The position numbers and the translations under genes are program-made. A DNA stretch of 59,225 bases from an uncultured virus (IMG/VR IMGVR_UViG_2061766007_000145) (lineage: Duplodnaviria > Heunggongvirae > Uroviricota > Caudoviricetes), in IMG/VR virus record IMGVR_UViG_2061766007_000145; one strand, given 5' to 3'. Below are positions 1-8,569 of this stretch, piece after piece; positions within the stretch are counted from its first letter, which is position 1; each line of letters begins with the position of its first letter. The notes below the pieces were generated by a model, which was given only the letters and a program-made list of their open reading frames with translations, did no database searches and had not been told where the DNA came from.

Positions 1-599
1 CTCTTGAAATTCTTGAACAGGTAAAACGACAGCGAGACAATAACGAAATAATAGACTTGTCACGCCCGTACACATTCCGCAAACTGGATAAACGTGTTAT
101 TATCCGCGACAGCGACAGCGCCGCATTCCGTGATGTTACGACAACGCCAATTCAACAGGTGTTTAAAGCTGTACGCCGTGAGATTGAGAACACGCGCTCC
201 GCGCGCTGTATTGATAGCGGCTACAGCTACATTGAGAAATCCGTTATTGATAGCGAGTCAGGCGCGGTTGCTACAGTTTATGAACGTCAAGAAAAATATG
301 CGGATATTGGCGGCTATGTATGCGACTTTAACGGAAAAGAGACAGTCTACACGGCGAGTGCCGCAACTGTAGAAGAGTTGGAGGCAAAAAAAACGGATAT
401 TATCAAAAGGGCGAATTTTAACGAAAAACAAATATTAATCCTGTCGTTGCGCTTGCGTGGATATGGAGATAAAGCTATAGGCACTTATTTAGGCAAACAG
501 CCGCGACTTATTCGCCGTTATCGCGGACAAATGCAACAGGCTTGTTATGATATAGGCTTTAAGCCTGTAGGAATGAAGGAACGCCCAATTATCAAATAA
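1..599 (+). CDS. 5'-truncated protein with C-terminal HTH (sigma region-4/LuxR-like)
   Basis: Frame open from window start; C-terminus FNEKQILILSLRLRGYGDKAIGTYLG is HTH-like. Confidence 0.55.
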   Translation, partial: LEILEQVKRQRDNNEIIDLSRPYTFRKLDKRVIIRDSDSAAFRDVTTTPIQQVFKAVRREIENTRSARCIDSGYSYIEKSVIDSESGAVATVYERQEKYADIGGYVCDFNGKETVYTASAATVEELEAKKTDIIKRANFNEKQILILSLRLRGYGDKAIGTYLGKQPRLIRRYRGQMQQACYDIGFKPVGMKERPIIK

Positions 600-645
600 A
601 CCGACAGCGACAGAACAACGACAGCGACAGCTAAATAACTAATTT

Positions 646-684
646 TAAGCGCTTATTATCCATTTTGGATAGTAGGCGCTTTTT
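646..684 (+). terminator. Intrinsic terminator
   Basis: aagcgcttattatcc-attttt-ggatagtaggcgctt-type hairpin followed by T-run. Confidence 0.7.
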
Positions 685-772
685 CTGTGAGCGCGGCGGC
701 TTGCACGCCCGACAGCGCCCCTGACCGCCCCCTGCGGTACTCTGTGAGCGCGGCGGCTTGCACGCCCGACAG
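684..772. repeat. 32-bp perfect direct repeat x2 (684-715, 741-772)
   Basis: tctgtgagcgcggcggcttgcacgcccgacag twice, 25-bp spacer. Confidence 0.95.
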
Positions 773-1176
773 TCTGACTGAAAGACTATAAACAACAGTT
801 TAGCTGATAAAATCAGCCGTCGCCGGTGCTGTGGAATTAAGCCACAGGTTGCGAGATAGTGAAAATCCCCGGGGTGATTATCGACTGAAGTAGACCAAAC
901 GCGGCTTGCGTGAACTCAGCTATGCGGTGAATAATACCGTATCAGACTAACGCTGTCTGATTATCCCACCCAAGGGTGCTTATGTTCTTAGGAACCGGAT
1001 AGGAAGGCATTAAGGCGTGAAATGTGAGGTGTTAAAGTAATCGTGAATGTGAGCAGTTTACGCCGAAAGGCGTTCTATAAACCCGTATCAAGCGCGTCAG
1101 CCTGTAGTTATGAGATGCACGTTGACGCGCTTCATTATGGGCTTATAGCTCAAATTTTCATCAAGGAGGTATTCGT

Positions 1177-1923
1177 ATGAATACTATGAGAACTCTCGAA
1201 GAAATCAAGGAAGCCGCCGAAAAAAAGGTTGAGGAATACAATGCTCTTATCGTCGAAGAAAAGTATAAGGAGGCATTCCGCCTTATGCACGAAATCGACG
1301 ACCTTGTCGGCGAATATTCCGCGACATCGCTTGAGCGCACATTTGCGGGACTCAAAGCAACCGAAGACCCCATGCTCGGAGCCGTCCTGCGCCTGACCTA
1401 TCCCACTATCAAGGCAAAAGATGCGAAGAAGGGCGAGTCGGCTGTCGCTCAGAAGACTATCGAAGACAGCGAAAAGACTATCGACCTGCGTAAGCTGCAC
1501 AAGTATTGCGGCGGAATTGGTACGTGTCAGGACTGGATCTACAGCGTGGAAAAGTTCAACTTCCTGCTCACACTGAGAACTGCCGAAGAACTCGGCATCC
1601 GCGACGTGACCACAATCAACGACAGTTTTGCTATGAGCGAACTGTCCCGACAGCGCGATCTCGGACAGAACCCCTGCTCAAACACCAAGATTCTTGCCAC
1701 CTATCGCCGTATTATCGGCGAGATGATCGGCGAGGAATACGCGAAGAAAATCACGTCGCATGATGTGGCGTTTCTGCTCAAAGTTTACAACAAGAAGGGT
1801 AAGGCTGCTCTTGCGGTAAATTGTGCCAATCATCGCTATCTGACGAGCTATATCGCGGAAACCTGTCACAAGATTCTCACCGAAAAGGAATACATCGTCG
1901 AGTTCAAGGCTAAGAAAGCCTGA
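1177..1923 (+). CDS. Hypothetical phage protein (248 aa)
   Basis: Long ORF, strong SD aaggagg. Confidence 0.85.
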   Translation: MNTMRTLEEIKEAAEKKVEEYNALIVEEKYKEAFRLMHEIDDLVGEYSATSLERTFAGLKATEDPMLGAVLRLTYPTIKAKDAKKGESAVAQKTIEDSEKTIDLRKLHKYCGGIGTCQDWIYSVEKFNFLLTLRTAEELGIRDVTTINDSFAMSELSRQRDLGQNPCSNTKILATYRRIIGEMIGEEYAKKITSHDVAFLLKVYNKKGKAALAVNCANHRYLTSYIAETCHKILTEKEYIVEFKAKKA

Positions 1924-1934
1924 CCCCGTATCTT

Positions 1935-2244
1935 TCCGGGTTTTTGATAAAATCTGACTATCCGGGTTTTTGATAAAATCTGAGCCGGGTGTTTCAGAAA
2001 TCCTGAGAACCTATCAGGGTTTTTCAGAAATCCCGCGTCCGTTGGTGGTAGGACGATAAATAAGCACCACTACCAACCCTATAAGGGTTTATCACATAAT
2101 GAAAAGGGGTTTATCTACCCATGACGAAAATGTTATCGTCATTTCCGCTATCACCGGGGAAATCATCTTTGAAGCGAAAGACATCACCATCACCGGCAAA
2201 GGTTTTTCATTCCGGATATAATCCGGGTTTTTAAAAAAATCTGA
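1935..2244. repeat. Array of ~23-bp repeats TCCGGGTTTTTGATAAAATCTGA and variants
   Basis: Exact copies 1935-1957 and 1961-1983; variants ~1984-2006, ~2014-2033, ~2222-2244. Confidence 0.85.
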
Positions 2245-2256
2245 GGAGGGTTTTCA

Positions 2257-2538
2257 ATGAAGCGTATTATCACCGCGTTAATCGCGGTATCTCTCGCACT
2301 CGGCGTTTTTACCTCATGCGGGGAAATTCAAGAATCCGACAACACGCTCCGCGAATCGTCCGGGTTTATCTCGGATTGCAGCAACGACACGCTCGAAATC
2401 ACGACCGACGACGGAAATATCTGGCTTATAACAAAAACAAACGTCGAGCCGGGAACCGCTGTCCGCGTGGTTTTTGACACAATGGGAACCGGGGATATTA
2501 CAGACGATGAAATCGTCGAGCTAACTTTGGTTCTGTAA
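2257..2538 (+). CDS. Putative lipoprotein; paralog of 26434-26781
   Basis: Signal peptide with lipobox-like FTSC; shared C-terminal PG.....VF.T.GT.D..DDEI. Confidence 0.7.
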   Translation: MKRIITALIAVSLALGVFTSCGEIQESDNTLRESSGFISDCSNDTLEITTDDGNIWLITKTNVEPGTAVRVVFDTMGTGDITDDEIVELTLVL

Positions 2539-2905
2539 TCCCGGGTTTTTGTCCGATGGCGGCAGGACATAAAACAAAAGCCGCTACCAATGCGGGCGGG
2601 TTTTATCCCCAGACCGGGCAACGCAGGGCAAGCTGCGGAAGATATTCCCTCGGTGAATCTTGTATCTGCCGGGAATGCGCCGGAACCGCATACCAAAGGC
2701 GTCGGGTTTTCACTCATTTTCCCGGCGTTCTATCCTTTTCAAACCGAGGGCATCGTGGGGGTTTCCTGCGGTGTTCTCGGGAAATGAGGGATTTAAACAG
2801 ACTACGACGGATAAACCCATATTAAGCGCATCGGCGAGGAATTTGTCGGTGCGCTTTGTTATGGGCTTATAAGCCTAAAATTGAAATGCAACAGGAGGTT
2901 TTTGC

Positions 2906-3250
2906 ATGGCAGCAATTGAAGCGAGATGGTCGGGTTCTTACCCGAACCTTTGCAGCGGAAAATGGGAGCTTTTCGTCGATGGTAGAGATGTTTCCAAAAA
3001 CATTCCCGAAGAGCGTAGACATTCCCCTATGGACACAGAGAGAACCTGTCGTAAATGGTATTTCGGCGGGGAAAGCGGTTGGGAAGAACAGTGGGAGACC
3101 TATGAAGACGGACTCAACGAAGAGGACTGGATCGCTGAGAACAGCTCGTGGCTTTCAGCTATCACCGACGATGCTGACACGAAGTCACAGATTTTTGAAG
3201 CAATTCGGGCTTGTGACTGGCGCCACGGCGAATGCGGCGGATGTATCTGA
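2906..3250 (+). CDS. Hypothetical protein (C-terminal CGGCI)
   Basis: SD aggagg, plausible ORF. Confidence 0.75.
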   Translation: MAAIEARWSGSYPNLCSGKWELFVDGRDVSKNIPEERRHSPMDTERTCRKWYFGGESGWEEQWETYEDGLNEEDWIAENSSWLSAITDDADTKSQIFEAIRACDWRHGECGGCI

Positions 3251-3265
3251 GAGGAGGTTTTTCAC

Positions 3266-3472
3266 ATGACTTTTGAGCGATTTAAAACCCACATAAACGG
3301 GTTTATTATAAAAGCGGGCGGCGGTATTACCGCTCGCTTTAATCACACAGCCGACGGCAGATATTTTGCCAACTGTTCCGATGGCACAACCATTATCGGG
3401 AATTCCCGCAGTCTCAAACTCACTGTCCGGTATGGCTCCGGACACCAAGCAATGACGGAGGCGGGAACATGA
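3266..3472 (+). CDS. Hypothetical protein
   Basis: SD gaggagg. Confidence 0.7.
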   Translation: MTFERFKTHINGFIIKAGGGITARFNHTADGRYFANCSDGTTIIGNSRSLKLTVRYGSGHQAMTEAGT

Positions 3473-3621
3473 ACGGGGTTTACGAAGTCACGTTCGTCGT
3501 GAACGCGACGAAGACGCGGGTAACTCGGAAGTTCAGCTCACCTTATTTGGCGAGGAAGTTCGTTAATAAATTGAGGTATAGTAAGCGCTGCACGCTGCTT
3601 GCTTACCCTGTTTTTGACTGA
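3469..3621 (+). CDS. Small basic hypothetical protein (50 aa, below ORF-track cutoff)
   Basis: ATGA overlap with upstream stop, SD ggagg; MNGVYEVTFVVN... Confidence 0.65.
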   Translation: MNGVYEVTFVVNATKTRVTRKFSSPYLARKFVNKLRYSKRCTLLAYPVFD

Positions 3622-3636
3622 AAGGAGTGAGGTTTT

Positions 3637-3825
3637 TTGAAAGAACTTATGTTTGATGTACTCGCAAGAGTCACATATTACACGCTGAAAGGGTTTTACT
3701 TTCTGATTGTGGCGGCTCTTATCTGGATTTTCCTGTCCTATCTCGACGTGGTTTTTCATAACACGTCAGCGAACCCGGTATATGCACCGTGGAATTTCTT
3801 TACATTGGAGGTGTTGTGGGGATGA
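3637..3825 (+). CDS. Small membrane protein
   Basis: Hydrophobic stretch, SD upstream. Confidence 0.65.
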   Translation: MKELMFDVLARVTYYTLKGFYFLIVAALIWIFLSYLDVVFHNTSANPVYAPWNFFTLEVLWG

Positions 3826-4397
3826 GGAACATTATTCTTGAGCCATCAGAAGTTTGGGGGTACTTTCAACGGAATGCGGGGAAACTGCAATCATCATACC
3901 ATCTCATTGCCTCTAACGATGAATACGGCGCGGAAATCTATGTATCTGCCGATTCGTATGGCGACGCGCAGATTATTGCGGAACTCGACGGAGATCGCAT
4001 GGAAACAACAGTGGTTTCTACCGCCGAGGAATGCGAGAGGGTTTGTCATTCGGTTTATGACGATTACCTCACGCCCTCTGCGGTTTCTTCTAACGTACAA
4101 GTGGAAGACGAGGAGTCCAACAAGGAAAACGAAGAATTCCTTATTGATGTGCGAGAGCAGGAAATCGACAACGCAGTTTATAACTGCCTCATGGAAATCC
4201 TCGAATCCTACGACGATGATATGGACGCTCTCGTAGAGACAACGAAGGAATATCTCTGCGAGTTCTTGGCGAGAACATGTAAGCTCCCTGTCTACCGCCC
4301 GATGCACTTAGTAGACGAGGACGGCGAGGAATTTTTCTCGGAATATCCCTACGAGTGCATGGTATTTGATGACGAAGTGAAAGTGGGGTTTGAGTAA
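3822..4397 (+). CDS. Acidic hypothetical protein
   Basis: ATG at 3822 overlapping upstream TGA; D/E-rich. Confidence 0.75.
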   Translation: MRNIILEPSEVWGYFQRNAGKLQSSYHLIASNDEYGAEIYVSADSYGDAQIIAELDGDRMETTVVSTAEECERVCHSVYDDYLTPSAVSSNVQVEDEESNKENEEFLIDVREQEIDNAVYNCLMEILESYDDDMDALVETTKEYLCEFLARTCKLPVYRPMHLVDEDGEEFFSEYPYECMVFDDEVKVGFE

Positions 4398-4810
4398 TGA
4401 AAATTTCGACGGAACGGAAGGTCGCCGAGGCAATCAAACGAATGAAAGCACTGAACATCATCGGTGATGCGGTCGAACAATTTCGGAAGTCCGGGCAGGT
4501 TATGTGCTCAGAACCGCCACATGGCGCTCTTTACTGGATTGACGATGAGCAGAAGAAACTGGTCGGGGAATTTGAGAAGAGGTATAACGCACTTGTTTAT
4601 ATGGTGGTACGCGCCTACTTCAAGGAATTTGGTAAGATGGACGCACTTCTGTACGTCTCCGACTACGAAAGTGAATGGGAACAGGATAACATCGACGTTT
4701 CAGACCGTTGTCCGTTGGTTTATGTACACAACTACGACGCCCCTGAATTCTCGGAATTTGGCTGTATTGAAGTCGAGCCGAGATTCGGTGGCTTAATCCG
4801 GGTATCATAG
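4397..4810 (+). CDS. Hypothetical phage protein
   Basis: TAATG coupling, 137 aa. Confidence 0.8.
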   Translation: MKISTERKVAEAIKRMKALNIIGDAVEQFRKSGQVMCSEPPHGALYWIDDEQKKLVGEFEKRYNALVYMVVRAYFKEFGKMDALLYVSDYESEWEQDNIDVSDRCPLVYVHNYDAPEFSEFGCIEVEPRFGGLIRVS

Positions 4811-4892
4811 GGGATACCGACCCGCCTTGAAGGATGACTTTTGAAAACCTCCTTTACGATGCTGCCGCAGCCGTACTTCTTGGCGGGTATAC

Positions 4893-4943
4893 GCCCACAC
4901 GCTCTGCCTCCCCGTGGCGTGGGCGGATAACCAACTAAAGAGC
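4893..4943 (+). ncRNA. Minimal HDV-like (theta-type) self-cleaving ribozyme candidate
   Basis: P1 gcccac/gtgggc, P2 gctct/agagc, P3 gcc/ggc, L3 tccccgt, GG for P1.1, J4/2 ctaa. Confidence 0.7.
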
Positions 4944-4968
4944 AATACATAGGAAAGGAGGATGCTAT

Positions 4969-5361
4969 ATGGCAAAAATCAAGGTAGTTGGAAACGCGGC
5001 AGTCATCACCTCGAACCTCACTCTCGGCGACATTGCACTGGTAAAGGCGTATCGTCCCGAAGCACTCGCCCTCAAAGGCGGGGAAAACGGAAAGGATGAG
5101 CTTTTTAAGCTCGGAATCTCCGCAGACCCCTACGGCGACATCGACAAGTTCGGAGCGACTTTTGGTGCAGCAAATGCCGACGGCAAGGCAATCATCACCG
5201 AGCTTTACGCCCCGGTTTCCGACGATGTGAAGTCTGAGCTCGCCGACAAGTACGGTGCAGCAATGACCAGCCTCGGCAAGATGGAGGAAATCCTTCCCGC
5301 CGTCGTCGAGGAAATCAAGGCGGAAAGAGAAGCACTCATCACCGCAATTGAAGTCCAGTAA
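4969..5361 (+). CDS. Hypothetical phage protein (130 aa)
   Basis: SD aaggagg. Confidence 0.85.
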   Translation: MAKIKVVGNAAVITSNLTLGDIALVKAYRPEALALKGGENGKDELFKLGISADPYGDIDKFGATFGAANADGKAIITELYAPVSDDVKSELADKYGAAMTSLGKMEEILPAVVEEIKAEREALITAIEVQ

Positions 5362-6187
5362 TACAGCACATCAATCAGCGATAAGTCCTCAAAGTGGGTT
5401 GTCAACGCCACCCCCTCATTTGGCAACCCACAATGAGGAAAATAAAACGTATCGCGGGAAAGACTTAACAGGGCGACAGTTTGGAAGACTTACTGTGCTT
5501 GGAAGAGGCACAGATTACATAAGTCCAAAAGGAAGACATCATGTTCGATGGTTATGTCAATGTGAATGTGGAAACACTACCGAGGTTCAGACTGGTACGT
5601 TGGTTGCTGGGAAATCAAAGAGCTGCGGGTGCCTTCAACGTGAGTTGGCAAGGGCGAGAGCTTCTATCCCTAAACAGGGAACGGATTTAACAAACAAAAG
5701 ATTTGGAAGATTAACCGCTCTCAAACACGTCTACAGCAAACCAAACGAAGGGCATATATGGGAATGTAAATGCGACTGCGGTAATACGGTATACCTTCCA
5801 GCAAAGCATTTAAACTCTGGAATTGTAAATAGTTGTGGTTGCTTACGAGATGAAAAAATATCAAAAGTCAATCTCATTCACGGTTTATCCCACAAATCCC
5901 GCCTCTACAACGTATGGGTAGGAATGCGTCAGCGTTGCAACGACCCAAACCACCGCAGCTACAAGAACTATGGCGGCAGAGGAATCTCAGTCTGTTCTGA
6001 GTGGGGTGATTTCACAAAGTTTCAAGACTGGGCAGCCTCACATGGATACGACCCGAACGCAAAATACGGAGATTGTACATTGGACAGAATAGACGTCAAC
6101 GGCAATTACGAACCGTCAAACTGTCGATGGGCAAACGCAAAAGAACAAGCCGCAAACAAGCGGAAGTTAAGTACTATCATCAACTAA
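5348..6187 (+). CDS. HNH-type homing endonuclease with two DLTGxxFGRL / WxCxCxCG / SCGC repeats; start uncertain (possibly ACG at 5447)
   Basis: YGGRGI..C..W and TLDRIDVNGNYEPSNCRWA motifs. Confidence 0.85.
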   Translation: MKSSNTAHQSAISPQSGLSTPPPHLATHNEENKTYRGKDLTGRQFGRLTVLGRGTDYISPKGRHHVRWLCQCECGNTTEVQTGTLVAGKSKSCGCLQRELARARASIPKQGTDLTNKRFGRLTALKHVYSKPNEGHIWECKCDCGNTVYLPAKHLNSGIVNSCGCLRDEKISKVNLIHGLSHKSRLYNVWVGMRQRCNDPNHRSYKNYGGRGISVCSEWGDFTKFQDWAASHGYDPNAKYGDCTLDRIDVNGNYEPSNCRWANAKEQAANKRKLSTIIN

Positions 6188-6189
6188 AG

Positions 6190-6224
6190 TTTAAGGGGCG
6201 GGACAATTTGTCTTGCCCCTTAAA
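6190..6224. terminator. Strong hairpin (possible bidirectional terminator)
   Basis: tttaaggggcgggac-aattt-gtcttgccccttaaa. Confidence 0.65.
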
Positions 6225-6230
6225 TGATAT

Positions 6231-6354
6231 GGGCGAGTGGCGAAAATGGCAAACGCTTATGTGCCGAGGGTATAGTCGGTGTTGACTTCCGGAGCGCTAA
6301 GTACACAAACACCTGATTGTGCATATACCGGTTCAAGTCCGGTCTCGCCCACCA
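6231..6354 (+). ncRNA. tRNA-like RNA with extended hairpin replacing the anticodon arm
   Basis: Acceptor GGGCGAG/CTCGCCC-A-CCA, D-arm tggcgaaaatggcaaacgc, T-arm accgg-ttcaagt-ccggt; ~70-nt central insert. Confidence 0.7.
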
Positions 6355-6377
6355 ATCCGAATCGACGAGGTGATTGA

Positions 6378-6758
6378 ATGACGAAAGAAATAATAGAGGA
6401 AGTTATAGATGTCATAAAACGCGGCGAGGTAATCATCTGTGATACGACCGAGCAAAGAGACGAAATTATCAGAACGTGCTGTAGCGCTGGGCTTGAGCCG
6501 TCTGGTCTTACTCACGCATTAGCAAACGGAGATTGGAAAACGCTACACAGTGTTGGAATCTCGAAATATGAAGCTGATAGTTTTCTCTGTCTCCGACTTA
6601 TTTCAGATGTACACTTGCTTTGTATATACACCACCGATGAAGTGAAAAGAATTAATAGTCCTCAAACACAAATTTCCTCGTTCTTCGCAACATCTGAATC
6701 AGACTCCTCAGACTTCGACAACAGATTTGCATTGCTTTTAGGGCAGGAAACGGGGTGA
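6378..6758 (+). CDS. Hypothetical protein, paralog of 6763-7113; acidic C-terminal tail
   Basis: Shared I.C....R..I...C..AG..P..LT motif. Confidence 0.8.
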   Translation: MTKEIIEEVIDVIKRGEVIICDTTEQRDEIIRTCCSAGLEPSGLTHALANGDWKTLHSVGISKYEADSFLCLRLISDVHLLCIYTTDEVKRINSPQTQISSFFATSESDSSDFDNRFALLLGQETG

Positions 6759-6762
6759 GCAA

Positions 6763-7113
6763 ATGGATGAAAATATTGTTCATGAAATTGTAGAGGCTAT
6801 GATTGACGGGGACTGCGTTATATGCGAAAGCGCAGACGAAAGAAATCAAGTGATAAAAGCGTGCATTTCCGCTGGTTTTCACCCTACTTCTCTTACCGCA
6901 GATATATTCAGTAACCGCAACCAAGCGCTAAAACGCTATTTCGGGATCAACGTGGACGCCGAGGATTTTACGGCTTTGGAAATACACGAAGGCGCTATTT
7001 GTATTTATAGTAAGTTCCATGAAGGTGGTTATTCCACTCTTTCATTCAAACACTCTCAAACATCGCCAGACTCAGCGTTTGATGATGATTTTTTACAACT
7101 CATAGGAGGTTGA
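6763..7113 (+). CDS. Hypothetical protein, paralog of 6378-6758
   Basis: Sequence similarity to neighbour. Confidence 0.8.
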   Translation: MDENIVHEIVEAMIDGDCVICESADERNQVIKACISAGFHPTSLTADIFSNRNQALKRYFGINVDAEDFTALEIHEGAICIYSKFHEGGYSTLSFKHSQTSPDSAFDDDFLQLIGG

Positions 7114-7120
7114 TATTTCT

Positions 7121-8569
7121 ATGTTTAGAAAAGCAATTAGTTCTACCCCGTTTTCTACCCCTATCGCTGACAATATCATGTCGGCGATTCAGGGAGGGGA
7201 CTACAACGGAGACACAACATTTATTTCAACATTACGAGCTTTGGTATTCCCGAGACTCAAACCTGATGACACCTTGTATTTGCAATTCAATTCTATCGGC
7301 AACAACAAAACTTCTGGCACCATCATCGGAAGATACGTACCTATCCCCGGCGAAAACGACAATCCCCATCTCAAAATCGTAAACATTGCTTCGTCGAGAG
7401 GCTGGTTCGAGTGCTTATCTGAAGATTTCCCGAAGGAAAATGAGGGATGGAGTGAGCTTGAAAAAGTCCCTCTCTTCTTCGAGAAGGAATTTAAGACAAA
7501 GGCTTTTGTAAACCCCGAACAGAAACATGCGGTGGTGTTCGTGGAAAATCTGAATAACGCGAAAATGCACTATCTTCAGTGCGGGATAGTAGCGTTCCTT
7601 CCGTGGTATTTCCCACCGGAGGCAGGCGTGACAGAGGACGAAATGAACCTTATCCGCTCTCTGAGAGAACGTAATTCGGCAAGGTACGAGGAATGTATCA
7701 AAAAACTCGCAGAGCAATACGACTTTCGCAGCGAAATGATCAAATGCTCGCTCTCCGGATTTGAAACGCTCTTCGAGAGACAGAAGACCGAGGAGATCAG
7801 AAGTACGATTGACTCCTATTACTCGCAAATCAACGAGTACAACGCACAAATTGCATCGTACATGACAGCTATCCGCGACAACGAACTCAGGCTTACGGGG
7901 TTGCTTCAGCGAATCGCCGACGGTGCTACCTCATCTGAGATGATGGATTATTTCCTCGCTAATAAGAATCTCGTCCTCAACTCTGCCGACGGTACAAAGA
8001 TCACGTTTACTGCAAGGTCTTACGTCACTTACTGGGATGAGGAGTATGCAAGGAAAGCGATTGAGAGTCGCAACTCATTCCTTTATAGTGATATTAGTAG
8101 TGGTATGGTAGAAAATATAAGACGGCTTATGAAAGCCGTTTTTCTTGACCAGACACTCAAGATGAAATTTTGCGCACGATATATCCTTGACGCTGGCAGG
8201 CAGAGTGTTGCTGGGCGCAAGCATGTCAGTGATTACGGAATGGATTTCAACGATTGTCTTCCGAACCCGCATATCGACCGATATGAATGTCTGGGAACAT
8301 ACATATCGGCGATATGTGACTGCTTAAGAAATTCTGATTATCTCGGCGCAGTCGAGCAATGCATCGCGTCTTGCGGCACACTGAACTTTACCGACTCGAC
8401 GGTGATGGGAGAGTTTATGAGAACAATCTCGTCTTCAAATGATAAGTTCATCGAGCTTCCCGACGGTACAATGGTGAATCCCAGAGAAGCGTGTGAATAC
8501 ATCGAGGGGCTCGAAGCAACCGACACTGACGAAAACAAGGAGGAAGTTGAAAATGGCGAAGAGAATTAA
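7121..8569 (+). CDS. Coiled-coil protein with C-terminal prokaryotic E2-like domain (putative)
   Basis: PNPHIDRYECLG matches the E2/UBC-like PH....CLG catalytic motif; adjacent to JAB and ThiF genes. Confidence 0.6.
   Translation: MFRKAISSTPFSTPIADNIMSAIQGGDYNGDTTFISTLRALVFPRLKPDDTLYLQFNSIGNNKTSGTIIGRYVPIPGENDNPHLKIVNIASSRGWFECLSEDFPKENEGWSELEKVPLFFEKEFKTKAFVNPEQKHAVVFVENLNNAKMHYLQCGIVAFLPWYFPPEAGVTEDEMNLIRSLRERNSARYEECIKKLAEQYDFRSEMIKCSLSGFETLFERQKTEEIRSTIDSYYSQINEYNAQIASYMTAIRDNELRLTGLLQRIADGATSSEMMDYFLANKNLVLNSADGTKITFTARSYVTYWDEEYARKAIESRNSFLYSDISSGMVENIRRLMKAVFLDQTLKMKFCARYILDAGRQSVAGRKHVSDYGMDFNDCLPNPHIDRYECLGTYISAICDCLRNSDYLGAVEQCIASCGTLNFTDSTVMGEFMRTISSSNDKFIELPDGTMVNPREACEYIEGLEATDTDENKEEVENGEEN

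Noticed and set aside
684..772. Mini-CRISPR array
   Set aside because: Only two repeats with a 25-bp spacer, no cas operon and no typical repeat terminus.
2036..2074. preQ1-I riboswitch
   Set aside because: Similar pseudoknot topology, but the conserved ligand-binding loop nucleotides and queuosine gene context are missing.
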